Shown piece by piece: positions 8,640-18,675 of a stretch of 64,000 bases of DNA (the stretch's first letter is position 1; every line of letters starts with the position of its first letter). A program made the position numbers and the translations under genes. The stretch comes from Armatimonadota bacterium. GTDB taxonomy: Bacteria; Armatimonadota; Armatimonadia; Armatimonadales; Armatimonadaceae. Where the stretch lies: NCBI GenBank assembly GCA_043754515.1, contig JAYUUO010000305.1:1-64000 (forward strand), given 5' to 3'. The notes under the pieces were generated by a model. It ran no database searches and had not been told where the DNA came from. It saw nothing but the letters and a program-made list of their open reading frames with translations.

Positions 8640-9953
8640 ATGGCTAAATACTTCGCCCCGAAGGGCACCCACGATATTCTGCCCCCCGGTCGGGATCGCG
8701 CGGCGTGGGTGGACGACATCAACAAGTGGCACTGGCTGGAAAATGTCGCGCGGGAAGTGACGGCGTTGTACGGCTACGAAGAGATCCGTACGCCCGCTTT
8801 CGAGCAGACCGACCTGTTCCACCGCGCCGTCGGCGAGGGATCCGACATTGTCACCAAAGAAATGTACGACTTTGAGACGAAGCCGGATAAGGACGGCAAG
8901 TCGGACCCGTTCACGCTCCGTCCCGAGGGCACCGCGCCGACGCTACGCGCCTTCGTCCAGAACCGCCTTTATATTGATAAGCCGGTCACGAAGCTTTACT
9001 ACCTCGCGGCGATCTTCCGCCACGAGAAGAGTCAGAAAGGGCGATACCGCCAGCACCACCAGTTCGGCGTCGAGTCGCTCGGCGCATCCGGCCCTGAAAT
9101 GGACGCCGAAGTAATCGCGCTCGCGATGGCGTTCTTCCGCCGCCTCGGAATCGCCCGTCTCACGCTGAAGATCAACTCGGTCGGCTCGCCGGAAAGCCGC
9201 GCCCGCTACGTGGAAGCGTTGCGCACATATGCCGAACCGCTCCTTCCCGAAATGAGCGAGGACAACCGCCGCCGCTACGAGACGAACGCGCTTCGTATGC
9301 TCGACAGTAAATCGGCACGGGATCAGGAACTTCTCGCCGACTCGCCACTTTTGACCGACTTTCTAGACGACACGTCGCGGGCGCATCACGAAAAACTGCT
9401 CGGCTATCTCGGCGATTTGGGCATAGGGTACGAACCGGATCCGCGCCTCGTGCGCGGCTTCGACTACTACATCAAGACGGCGTTCGAGATACAGTCCCCC
9501 GACGTCGGCGCACAGTCCGCGCTCGCGGGTGGTGGCCGGTATGACCGATTGGTCGAGGATCTGGGCGGACCGCCGACGCCGGGGATCGGGTTCGGACTCG
9601 GGATCGAGCGGACCCTGATCGCGCTAGAGGCACTCAATGCGGTCGTCCCCCCCCCCCCCGGCGTAGCGGCGTTCCTGTGTCCCATCGGCGACGCGGCGCG
9701 TTCGGCCTGCGTGCGAATCCTCGCCGACTTGCGGGACGCGGGAGTCGCCGCCGACTCCGATTACACCGGGCGGCGCATGAAGGCGATGCTCGAACAGGCG
9801 GATGCGCTCGGCGCGCGGTACGCCGTGATTCTGGGCGATGATGAACTGGCGAGCGGGGCCGTGGGCGTCCGCGATATGACGAGTAAGGCACAGGAGAGCG
9901 TCGCGCTGTCCGCGCTTGCGGAGCGGCTCGTAGTCGGCACGGGCCTGCGGTAG
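8640..9953 (+). CDS. hisS: histidine--tRNA ligase
   Basis: PKGTHDILP, TLRPEGTA, GRYRQHHQFGVE, LVRGFDYY, GGGRYD and GFGLGIER motifs. Confidence 0.97.
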   Translation: MAKYFAPKGTHDILPPGRDRAAWVDDINKWHWLENVAREVTALYGYEEIRTPAFEQTDLFHRAVGEGSDIVTKEMYDFETKPDKDGKSDPFTLRPEGTAPTLRAFVQNRLYIDKPVTKLYYLAAIFRHEKSQKGRYRQHHQFGVESLGASGPEMDAEVIALAMAFFRRLGIARLTLKINSVGSPESRARYVEALRTYAEPLLPEMSEDNRRRYETNALRMLDSKSARDQELLADSPLLTDFLDDTSRAHHEKLLGYLGDLGIGYEPDPRLVRGFDYYIKTAFEIQSPDVGAQSALAGGGRYDRLVEDLGGPPTPGIGFGLGIERTLIALEALNAVVPPPPGVAAFLCPIGDAARSACVRILADLRDAGVAADSDYTGRRMKAMLEQADALGARYAVILGDDELASGAVGVRDMTSKAQESVALSALAERLVVGTGLR

Positions 9954-9993
9954 AAGGGCGTACAGAGATCGTTGATCCTCGCCCCGACGAACG

Positions 9994-10028
9994 AAAGGAG
10001 CCGCCGACATCACGTCGGCGGCTCCTTT
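9994..10028. terminator. bidirectional terminator between convergent genes
   Basis: AAAGGAGCCGCCGAC-ATCAC-GTCGGCGGCTCCTTT perfect stem. Confidence 0.8.
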
Positions 10029-10055
10029 CCTTAATCACACTCCGACAAGACCGGA

Positions 10056-10676
10056 TCACGGCAGGATGATGTACCCGTTCGGTCCGGACACGGCGGCGAG
10101 CACCATGTCCGGTGTCATGGTCGAGTCAATCCCGTTGTTGTCGAGAGCGAGCGGCGCAGTCGGGTTGCGCGTACCGAACAGCGCGTTCTGCGTCGCGGTA
10201 ATTACCGACGTGTGTCGCGCTTCCGTCGCCTGAATCCCACCCGCTACCGCAAGGTACTTATTCGTGGCGAAGAACGGGATCGCGCCCAGGTAGGCTTGCG
10301 CGCCGGTCACTTCGACGTTGCGGAGCAGATCAACTATACCCGCGCGATCCAGGGTACCGATCTTGAAGTCGAACGTCGCGCCGCTGAGCGCGGTGAGCGT
10401 GATCGCCTGCGAGCCTAGCACGCTAGCGAGAAAGTCGCGGTGCTGGTTCTCGACAAGCGCGAACTGCGTGATGTACTTAACATCCGGCTGTTGGCTGTCA
10501 ACGCCTAGACCAGCGACGACGACGCCGTTTATGGTTCCGCCCGTCGTCAGACGGATGAGTGCCTGACGGTACAGGTCGGCCTCGGTCGCTTCGAGGGCGA
10601 GGGCATAGTTGAGAACCTTGATGTCAGCATTCGAGCCGGGGATCGCGGCGAACGTCAGGGAAGGTTTGGTTGGCAT
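10056..10676 (-). CDS. ferritin-like domain protein (Ferritin_2 type)
   Basis: LNYALALEATEADLY, ENQHRDFL, EVTGAQAYLGA and TEARH diiron-type motifs. No signal peptide. Confidence 0.88.
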   Translation of the reverse strand: MPTKPSLTFAAIPGSNADIKVLNYALALEATEADLYRQALIRLTTGGTINGVVVAGLGVDSQQPDVKYITQFALVENQHRDFLASVLGSQAITLTALSGATFDFKIGTLDRAGIVDLLRNVEVTGAQAYLGAIPFFATNKYLAVAGGIQATEARHTSVITATQNALFGTRNPTAPLALDNNGIDSTMTPDMVLAAVSGPNGYIILP

Positions 10677-10708
10677 AATGTTTTCCTTTGTTTATCTTTC
10701 TTCTTCGC

Positions 10709-11617
10709 TTACGCCCCGACGATGAACGGCTTGACCGCGGCGAGAACGGCGGACGGATCCGCATAGTACTGGAACGTGTTTTCGGACAGCCCCGTGCCGC
10801 TATTAGGCGCGGCGGCTCCGTCCGTCACCCGCTTGCCGACTACCGCGCCGGGTACAGAGTAGACCGGACCCGTGTCGTTACCCAACACGTAGGCGATTCC
10901 CGCCGTGTGACGCGCCTCCGTGGAATGTATGGCGACGGCCGTCTGCACGAAGCTCTTGTCCTGCGCCGTGTTGAAGTCCATAAAGCCCGCCGCGCCCAGG
11001 TAGGCGCGAATACCCGTCTCCTCGACCGCGTAAAGCAAATTGAGAATGTTTAGGAGGCTACCGCTCGCGCTAGCGGGCAGTTGATACCCTCGCGGGTTCG
11101 GCTGGGTCACTGGGGCCCCGATGCTAGCAAGCACGGTGCGCAGGAAGTCGCGGTGCGCAGCCTCGACGTAGGCATACTGCGCGAGATACAGAAAGCCAGG
11201 GACCGTGAAATTGCCGGATAGACCGCTACTAATCGCCAGTGTGTACGCCCCCGTCGAGGCACCCACCGGCCCCGAACCCGCGTCAAGAGGGGTACCGACA
11301 GCGCGGCCCGAGGCGAGGTTTAGTGCCTGGCGGTACAGATCCGCTTCCAAGATCTCCAGAGTCAGCGCATAGTTCAGGACGATCTCATTCGCGCTCCGAC
11401 CGATGACACCGGGGAAGTTCGGGTTGCCAACCGTGATTGGCGCCGGTAAGCCCAGGTTCGGGTCGTCGTTGTTGCCACCGCCACAAGCGATGTTCGTCGA
11501 GGCGAGCAACCCTGCCGCCGCCACTCCCAGTCCGGCGGCGGACATGCGCGTCAAAAACGCGCGGCGCGACACCGGGTTTCGACGCAGTTCGTCGAGATCG
11601 TAAGTCGTTTCGTTCAC
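10709..11617 (-). CDS. ferritin-like domain protein with twin-arginine signal, possible lipoprotein
   Basis: SRRAFL Tat motif and IACGGG, then LNYALTLEILEADLY, EAAHRDFL, EETGIRAYLGA and TEARH. Confidence 0.88.
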   Translation of the reverse strand: MNETTYDLDELRRNPVSRRAFLTRMSAAGLGVAAAGLLASTNIACGGGNNDDPNLGLPAPITVGNPNFPGVIGRSANEIVLNYALTLEILEADLYRQALNLASGRAVGTPLDAGSGPVGASTGAYTLAISSGLSGNFTVPGFLYLAQYAYVEAAHRDFLRTVLASIGAPVTQPNPRGYQLPASASGSLLNILNLLYAVEETGIRAYLGAAGFMDFNTAQDKSFVQTAVAIHSTEARHTAGIAYVLGNDTGPVYSVPGAVVGKRVTDGAAAPNSGTGLSENTFQYYADPSAVLAAVKPFIVGA

Positions 11618-11877
11618 TACGGTTCCTTTCGCTCCCGCGCGATTCGCTTCGCCGCGGGAGGTTTCCTAACATGATGGAAATAAAAGAGATCGCTCGCGTC
11701 TGTATTGCGTTGGTAGCGATCCACCGATACGGTGTTCCCAATCCCATGGGAGATCAAACACGGTACGATTCGCGTAGTGTGTCCGATACCCACCCATTTT
11801 CGTCGCTCGAAAGTGCCGCATTGTTGGCGTACGGCCCATTTTTGGGCTACACTTCCCGTAGAACAGGATACCTCACG

Positions 11878-13056
11878 ATGGCTGAAAGTCCGCTACACTC
11901 CGCCGAAGGCACCCGCCGCCTCTCACCCGACGCGCTCCTCGTCGCGAGCCGTCTCCACGATCTGAAGCCGTACCAACCCGGCAAACCGATCGAGGAGGTG
12001 AAGCGCGAATTCGGGATCACCGGCGAGGTGGTGAAGCTCGCCTCGAATGAGAACCCGCTCGGCCCCTCCCCCGCCGCGCTCAAAGCACTCGCCGAAACTC
12101 TGCCGCGCCTCGCCCTGTACCCCGACGGCGGCTGTCACGACCTGCGGCTCGCCGTCGCCGAGAGCCTGTCGGTGTCGCCGGACATGCTCGTGTTCGGGAA
12201 CGGGTCGGACGAGATCATCCACCTGCTCGGGCTGACCTTTTTGGAAGAAGGGGACGAGATCGTGCTCGGCGATCCGACCTTCGTCCTTTACGAAGCGGCG
12301 GCTACCCTCGCCGGCGCGGTGTCGGTGAAGGTGCCCCTCACGAAGCCTGGATTAGTACACGACCTCGGCGCGATGGCGGACGCGATCACCGCGCGGACCC
12401 GGTTGGTATTCGTCGCCAACCCGCATAACCCGACCGGTACCATCGTCGAGGACCGCGCCGCGCTCGACCATCTGATTGGTCGCCTCCCCTCGCGCACGCT
12501 GTTGGTGCTGGACGAGGCGTACGCGGAGTACGTTTACCACCGCCCCGGATTCCCGAAGGCACTCGACTATATCCGCGCGGGCGCGCCCGTTATCGGGCTA
12601 CGAACATTCAGCAAGATGTACGGACTCGCCGGGTTGCGCGTCGGATTCGGTGTCGCGGACCCGCGCCTGATCGCGCTTATGAATCAGGCGCGGTCGCCGT
12701 TTAATGTCAACCTCGCGGCGCAGGTCGCGGCGACGGCGGCGATAAGCGACCATGCGTTCGTGGAAAAATCGCGTTGCACGAACGAGGACGGGTTGCGGCA
12801 GTTCTACCAGGAGTTCGAGCGGATGGGCCTGCCCTATATCCCCTCCTTCGCCAACTTTGTGCTCGTTGACACGAAACAGCCGTGCCGGGCGGTGTTCACC
12901 GCGCTCCTGAAGCGCGGCGTGATCGTGCGCACCGGCGACGTGTTCGGGCTGCCTACGTTCCTTCGTGTGACGGTCGGAACCGCCGCGCAGAACAGGCGAT
13001 TTCTCGAAGCATTGGGAGAAGTGCTTGCCTCGCTCTCGTCGGGAACCACGGCATGA
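11878..13056 (+). CDS. hisC: histidinol-phosphate aminotransferase
   Basis: KLASNENP, GNGSDE, NPHNPTG, DEAYAEY and RTFSKMYGLAGLRVG motifs. Start set at MAESP, which has AGGA upstream. Confidence 0.95.
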   Translation: MAESPLHSAEGTRRLSPDALLVASRLHDLKPYQPGKPIEEVKREFGITGEVVKLASNENPLGPSPAALKALAETLPRLALYPDGGCHDLRLAVAESLSVSPDMLVFGNGSDEIIHLLGLTFLEEGDEIVLGDPTFVLYEAAATLAGAVSVKVPLTKPGLVHDLGAMADAITARTRLVFVANPHNPTGTIVEDRAALDHLIGRLPSRTLLVLDEAYAEYVYHRPGFPKALDYIRAGAPVIGLRTFSKMYGLAGLRVGFGVADPRLIALMNQARSPFNVNLAAQVAATAAISDHAFVEKSRCTNEDGLRQFYQEFERMGLPYIPSFANFVLVDTKQPCRAVFTALLKRGVIVRTGDVFGLPTFLRVTVGTAAQNRRFLEALGEVLASLSSGTTA

Positions 13057-13562
13057 GCACGGACGTTGCGGACGGGGCCAAGACATCCAAACCGGTGCCC
13101 CACCCGCTATCGTTTTTCATCCGGGTGTTGCTCGTGCCTTCTCTCCTAGGTGCCCTGTTGACCACTGCGTTCTTCTATGTGCCGGTCGCTGGTTGGAGCA
13201 CGAACGACGTCACCACGGGTGAGCATCCCGGCTACCCCGACCTCAAGCCGCGCCGCTACGACGCCTCCCCGACGAACACCCTGCAATACGCGGCGGCGGC
13301 GGCCAGCGGAATACGTAACTGGAAGGTGACGGGGCGCGACGAGAACACCGGAACCTTGCGCGTGGAAGTGACAACGGCTCTGCCGCTCTTCACGGACGAT
13401 GTTCTCGTTACTGTCACGCCTACCGGTAAAAACAACGATTCTTCGCTGGTGATGATCCGTTCGCATTCGCGGGTGGGGCGGGCCGACCTCGGCGAGAACG
13501 CGCGGCATATCCACGCGTTGCAGACCGCGATGGATCAGCGACTGCCCGCGCTAGAGCGGTAG
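13053..13562 (+). CDS. DUF1499 family membrane-anchored protein
   Basis: TM segment, NDVTT, FTDDV and IRSHSRVGRADLGENARHI signature. Confidence 0.8.
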   Translation: MSTDVADGAKTSKPVPHPLSFFIRVLLVPSLLGALLTTAFFYVPVAGWSTNDVTTGEHPGYPDLKPRRYDASPTNTLQYAAAAASGIRNWKVTGRDENTGTLRVEVTTALPLFTDDVLVTVTPTGKNNDSSLVMIRSHSRVGRADLGENARHIHALQTAMDQRLPALER

Positions 13563-13571
13563 GATATAAGC

Positions 13572-14420
13572 GTGCCAGAGGCAATGAAGGAAGAGGGCAT
13601 GTCGCGACCGGCGCGCGTCGTGGCCGTCGGCAGGGGCGGGTTCCAGACGCGCGCGGATGACGTCGCTACCGAGGAGCCGCTCGAAATACGCGTCGCGGCG
13701 AACGGCGGCCCCGCCGAATCGGTCGCGATCACGATGCGCACCCCCGGACACGACGGCGAGCTTGCGGTCGGGTTCCTCTGGAGCGAGGGACTTTTGACCG
13801 GCGAATCGCGCGTCGTCTCCGTCTCCCCCGGCGGTCCGTTACAGCCCGGCGGCTTCCGCAACGTGGTCGTCGTAACACTCGAAGGCGCGTTCCCCGACCT
13901 CTCGTCATCCGCGCGGCGGTTCTACATGACCTCCTCGTGCGGCGTTTGCGGCAAAGCATCGCTCGAAGCAATTGACGTCGCCCGCGCCTTCGACCCGCCG
14001 CGCGGCTCGCCCCGGTTCGCGCCCGAAACGGTCTATCTGTTGCCGGGAACGCTCCGCGCGGCGCAAGAGACGTTCACTCGCACCGGGGGATTGCACGCGG
14101 CGGGCTTGTTCAACGAGGCGGGGGAACTGATCGCCCTGCGCGAGGACGTCGGGCGGCACAACGCCGTGGATAAACTGGTCGGGGCTTCGGTGCTTGCGGG
14201 GACACTGCCGCTCTCCCGCGCGCTCCTTTTGGTGAGCGGCCGCGCCTCGTTTGAATTGGTACAAAAGGCGGTGATGGCAGGCATCCCGATACTCGCGGCG
14301 GTCGGGTCACCCTCGTCGCTCGCCGTGTCCCTCGCCAGAGACGCGGGCGCTACATTGCTTGGCTTCGTGCGCGACGAGCGGTTTAATATCTATTCGGGTG
14401 ACGAACGGATTATGCAATGA
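13572..14420 (+). CDS. fdhD: formate dehydrogenase accessory sulfurtransferase
   Basis: EEPLEI, TMRTPG, SSCGVCG, TGGLHAA and EDVGRHNAVDK motifs. The true start may be ATG 13584 or 13599. Confidence 0.95.
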   Translation: MPEAMKEEGMSRPARVVAVGRGGFQTRADDVATEEPLEIRVAANGGPAESVAITMRTPGHDGELAVGFLWSEGLLTGESRVVSVSPGGPLQPGGFRNVVVVTLEGAFPDLSSSARRFYMTSSCGVCGKASLEAIDVARAFDPPRGSPRFAPETVYLLPGTLRAAQETFTRTGGLHAAGLFNEAGELIALREDVGRHNAVDKLVGASVLAGTLPLSRALLLVSGRASFELVQKAVMAGIPILAAVGSPSSLAVSLARDAGATLLGFVRDERFNIYSGDERIMQ

Positions 14421-16735
14421 TGAGTGAACTTTTAGCTAACGACGAGACTTTCGGCGAGCCGCCCGCCGAGCAGACCGAGCCGCGCGTGGGCGAACGGGAA
14501 ACGGTAGCGAGCGGAATCCCCGCCATCATACAGACGATTCGATTCGGATTTGGTGAAATGGGTGTTGGACGTACGATGAAGACGCTCACCACGATCAACC
14601 AGAAAAACGGGTTCGACTGCCCCTCGTGCGCCTGGCCCGACCCGGACGACCACCGCTCCCCGACCGAGTTCTGCGAGAACGGCGCGAAGGCGGTATCCGA
14701 CGAGGCAACTACCGCCCGCATCACGCCGGAGTTCTTCGCTCGGCAATCTGTGGCGGAACTGGCAAAGGAGTCGGACCACTGGCTCGGGAAACAGGGACGT
14801 TTGACGGAGCCGATGGCGCGCGAGCCGGGGAGCGAGTACTACCGCCCGATCTCGTGGGACGACGCGTTCGCGCGGATCGCCGACGAACTGAACGCGCTCG
14901 ACTCGCCGAACGAAGCGGTGTTCTACACGTCGGGGCGAACCTCAAACGAAGCGGCGTACCTATACCAGTTGTTCGTCCGCGAGTTCGGTACTAACAACCT
15001 TCCCGACTGCTCGAACATGTGCCACGAATCCAGCGGCGTCGCCATGATGGAGACCGTCGGTATCGGGAAAGGCACCGTCAAGCTCGAAGACTTCCGTCTA
15101 GCCGACACGATCTGGGTCATCGGGCAGAACCCCGGCACCAACCATCCGCGCATGCTCAGTGCCCTTCAGGAGGCAGCGCGGCGCGGCGCGAAGGTCATCT
15201 CGATCAACCCCCTTCAGGAAACAGGGCTGATGCGATTCAAGCACCCGCAGGAGGTCTGGAACCTGCTCGGGAGCGGCACCGCCATTGCCTCGCTCTTTCT
15301 GCCCGTGACGATCAACGGCGATGTCGCGCTACTGAAAGGCATCATGAAGGCGATGCTGGAGGAAGACGACCGCACGAATGGGCAGGTACTGGATCACGCC
15401 TTTATTGCCGAGCGGACGGACGGATTCGCCGAGTTCGCCGCCGACCTGCGCCGAATTTCGTGGGAGGAGATCGTGGACTGTTCCGGGATCGCCCGCGAGC
15501 GGATCCTTGAGGCGGCGCGGATCGCCGCCGACTCCAAGCGGATGATCGTTTGCTGGGCGATGGGACTGACCCAGCATAAGAACGCTGTCGCGAATATCCA
15601 GTCGGTGGTCAACTTCTGCCTCCTCGGCGGGCACATCGGTCGCCCCGGCGCGGGGCTGTGTCCGGTGCGCGGGCACTCCAACGTGCAGGGCGACCGGACT
15701 ATGGGCATCTACGAAAAGCCGAGCGACGCGTTTCTCGACGCGCTACAAGCCGAGTACGGGTTTGATCCGCCCCGCGATCCGGGCTTCGACACGGTGGAAG
15801 CGATCCGGGCGATGCACAACGGAACGGCGCGGGTCTTCTTCGGCTTGGGTGGGAACTTCCTATCCGCGACGCCTGACACGGAGTTCACCGCGCGGGCACT
15901 GCGCCGATGCCGTCTGACGGTGCATGTCTCTACGAAACTGAACCGAGCGCATCTGGTCACCGGCGAGACCGCGCTGGTTCTGCCTTGCTTGGGCCGCACG
16001 GAGCGCGACATTCAGGCCGGCGGCGAGCAGTTCGTCACCGTGGAAGACTCGATGGGTGTCGTCCACGGATCGCGCGGCGGTCTTGACCCGGCCTCTACCT
16101 CACTTCTCTCCGAACCGGCTATCGTGGCGCGGCTCGCGCAAGCAACCCTCGGTACGCGCTCCCGCGTGGACTGGGAAACTCTTGAAACGGATTATGACCG
16201 CATACGCGACTCCATATCGCGGGTGATCGGGGGGTTCGACGACTTCAACCGGCGGGTGCGCGTGCCGGGCGGCTTCTACCTGCCGAACGGGCCGCGCGAA
16301 GGCACCTTCAACACGCCGGGGGGCAAGGCGCGATTCACGGTTCATGTCACGCCGCGCTACCACCTGAAGCCGGGCGAGTTTCTGCTGATGACGATCCGGA
16401 GCCATGACCAGTTCAACACCACGGTTTACGGACTTGATGACCGGTATCGCGGCGTGTACGGGGGGCGGCGGGTGGTGTTCCTGAACCCCGACGATATGGC
16501 GGAGTCGGGTATTCACGCGGAGCAGTGGCTGGACATCACCAGCCATTTCGAGGGCGAGTCCCGAATCGGACACCGCTTCAAGGCAGTGCCGTATGACCTG
16601 CCCCGCCATTGCGCCGCCGCCTACTTCCCCGAAGCGAACGTACTGGTGCCGGTGAACCAGACGGCAGATCGGAGCAACACCCCTGTTTATAAATCAATCC
16701 GGGTCACCCTCGCGCCGCACGCTGAAGCCGGATAG
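14417..16735 (+). CDS. FdhF/YdeP family molybdopterin oxidoreductase
   Basis: GFDCPSCAWPD, EFCENGAKA, NNLPDCSNMCHE, PVRGHSNVQG and TIRSHDQFNTT motifs. Confidence 0.93.
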   Translation: MMSELLANDETFGEPPAEQTEPRVGERETVASGIPAIIQTIRFGFGEMGVGRTMKTLTTINQKNGFDCPSCAWPDPDDHRSPTEFCENGAKAVSDEATTARITPEFFARQSVAELAKESDHWLGKQGRLTEPMAREPGSEYYRPISWDDAFARIADELNALDSPNEAVFYTSGRTSNEAAYLYQLFVREFGTNNLPDCSNMCHESSGVAMMETVGIGKGTVKLEDFRLADTIWVIGQNPGTNHPRMLSALQEAARRGAKVISINPLQETGLMRFKHPQEVWNLLGSGTAIASLFLPVTINGDVALLKGIMKAMLEEDDRTNGQVLDHAFIAERTDGFAEFAADLRRISWEEIVDCSGIARERILEAARIAADSKRMIVCWAMGLTQHKNAVANIQSVVNFCLLGGHIGRPGAGLCPVRGHSNVQGDRTMGIYEKPSDAFLDALQAEYGFDPPRDPGFDTVEAIRAMHNGTARVFFGLGGNFLSATPDTEFTARALRRCRLTVHVSTKLNRAHLVTGETALVLPCLGRTERDIQAGGEQFVTVEDSMGVVHGSRGGLDPASTSLLSEPAIVARLAQATLGTRSRVDWETLETDYDRIRDSISRVIGGFDDFNRRVRVPGGFYLPNGPREGTFNTPGGKARFTVHVTPRYHLKPGEFLLMTIRSHDQFNTTVYGLDDRYRGVYGGRRVVFLNPDDMAESGIHAEQWLDITSHFEGESRIGHRFKAVPYDLPRHCAAAYFPEANVLVPVNQTADRSNTPVYKSIRVTLAPHAEAG

Positions 16736-16736
16736 G

Positions 16737-17162
16737 CTACCGTTTCAGCCACTCGCGCTGGATCGTCTCCATCGTCTTGCCGCCGCTTCTCTGGGCGGCG
16801 AGCGTGGTCACTAGCCGCCCTATCTCGCTTCGTAGCGCACCGACCTCGGCCCGTAGCAGGGCGATTTCGCCCCCCTGGGCCTCAATCACGACGAGGAGTT
16901 GCGCGTCCCGGTCTTCCTGCGTAACAGCGCGTTTGCGCTCGCGCGGCTCGCTGGACCGGGCGAGACCCTGCCGAATCGTCGCGCCACTCGCCCCGGCCTT
17001 CTTACCCACGAGTATTACCCTTAGAGTCTCGGCGGCGGGCGCGTCGTAGCGTCGCCTACGCCCCTCCCCTGTCGCCGGTATGAACTCGGCGAACTCGTCT
17101 CGGTACAGGCGGAGCGTGCTCTCCGGCGCGCCCAATTCCTTCGCTATGTCTTTGAGTGTCAT
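16737..17162 (-). CDS. MerR-type HTH protein with C-terminal coiled coil
   Basis: MTLKDIAKELGAPESTLRLY...GRRRRY HTH followed by LRAEVGALRSEIGRL heptads. Confidence 0.8.
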   Translation of the reverse strand: MTLKDIAKELGAPESTLRLYRDEFAEFIPATGEGRRRRYDAPAAETLRVILVGKKAGASGATIRQGLARSSEPRERKRAVTQEDRDAQLLVVIEAQGGEIALLRAEVGALRSEIGRLVTTLAAQRSGGKTMETIQREWLKR

Positions 17163-17244
17163 CGGGTCATTATGCCCCGCGCGACCGTGCGTTGCACGGC
17201 GCGGGGTACCAGATGTAGACGGGCCGCGTCGCGCCGATGCCCTT

Positions 17245-17865
17245 CTAAAGCGAGTCCTGGAATATCCGCGCCATGTTTACGATAAGTCCCGGAAGCTCCG
17301 GGTCTCCGCCCACCATCGCCGGGTCGGACAGGGTTTCTACCGCGACGCCGTGGCGGTAGGCATACACCGAGCGGTTCGCCCGGTCAATGAGCCAGCCGAG
17401 GCGAACGCCACTTTCCGCATATTCATCCATCTTCTCCTTCGCTTTCGGTAACCTGTCCGACGGCGACATAATTTCTACGACGAAGTCGGGCGCGATGTGC
17501 GCGAACGGGAAGCGAAGGGGCGCAGGTAGGGCGTTCCATCGGTCGGCAGAAATCCATGCGACATCGGGAGAACGCACCGCGCCGTTCGGGAGCGTGAACC
17601 CCGCCGACGGCCCGAACGCGATGCCCAGCGTCGGCAGAGCGTTGTTCCAGTTGCCGACATATAAGCCGAGTTCGAAATTTCGGTTATCGCCGAAACTGTC
17701 GGCGGGCATCGTCACTAAAATATCCATGTTTTTGGTGCGCTCGATCGGAAGCATCGGGTTGTCCCGGCAAAACTCGTAAAACCCGTCGTCCGTTAAGTTG
17801 GGAGCATGGATCCATATCTCGCCGTCTTTCGCGATCGCGTCTTGCAGTTCAATCGTAAGCGTCAT
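17245..17865 (-). CDS. Uma2 family PD-(D/E)XK endonuclease-like protein
   Basis: GFTLPNGAVRSPDVAW, PDFVVEIMSPSD, KMDEY and LGWLID motifs. GGAG upstream of ATG 17865. Confidence 0.92.
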   Translation of the reverse strand: MTLTIELQDAIAKDGEIWIHAPNLTDDGFYEFCRDNPMLPIERTKNMDILVTMPADSFGDNRNFELGLYVGNWNNALPTLGIAFGPSAGFTLPNGAVRSPDVAWISADRWNALPAPLRFPFAHIAPDFVVEIMSPSDRLPKAKEKMDEYAESGVRLGWLIDRANRSVYAYRHGVAVETLSDPAMVGGDPELPGLIVNMARIFQDSL

Positions 17866-18675
17866 AGCACAGTCTCCTTTGCGGGTGGCCTCACGACCTG
17901 AGTGTACCTCAACTGGTCGCGTGTCATCCTGGTTGCGCGGCGAGAGGACGAGTATCAGGCGACTATAGTAATATACCCTACTCATATTGTTGTGTTACAT
18001 ACTAAAGTTGCTTTTATACAGTTAATTTTAAATGTTTTATTTGTTTATATTGTTTTAGGTCGGATTGGGTACTGATCATATCCTGGATTTTGTGTATTAG
18101 AATAGGCATTATCGTACTCAAACGAAAAGGGACTACTTGGACTAATGAAGGATGCGGTAGCCTGCGAATCGTAAACTTGAGATGCCGAATCGCTTGATCT
18201 CGGGAGGCGACAACGCGTCCGCTGCGACGCCCTGGGATACCGTTCGGATACGACGCCGTTGTATAACTGCCGACCGATAATCAGGAATCATCCGTCCCCG
18301 GACACCGTAGACGCCCGACTGCGCGACATACTTGTACGGACGGACCTGCGGAAGGGATCGGCAATCAGTCCCCTACTCATGCGTCTGAGAGAGGCGGGTG
18401 TCAAAGTGTACGAGTCGCGCACTTCTGCATACAGACGAGTAAGCGGACCCCTGTGGAAGAATTTCTTCGTGGGGATGAGCTAAAATCTCTTCCCTGCCAT
18501 ATCTACCGCATGTGCCCGAACAATCCCGGAAAGCCCTGCCATTAATACCTGTTTCCGCGACCGACAACGGTTTTCAATTGACGGCGGTAAGACTGGTGTG
18601 GTACTGTTGCATAGTCGCGCCGCGATTGAATCGGTTTCACCAGACAAACAATATTTTTACCAAGGAGGGTAGATC

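Noticed and set aside
11437..11877. 147-aa N-terminal extension of HisC in the ORF track
   Set aside because: It overlaps the divergent ferritin-like gene and its promoter region, and HisC homology starts after ATG 11878.
14417..16735. Selenocysteine-containing formate dehydrogenase
   Set aside because: No in-frame TGA; it is a Cys-type YdeP-like protein.
17245..17865. Uma2 nuclease as a defence system
   Set aside because: It is a solitary member of a commonly expanded family, with no methylase or other defence gene nearby.
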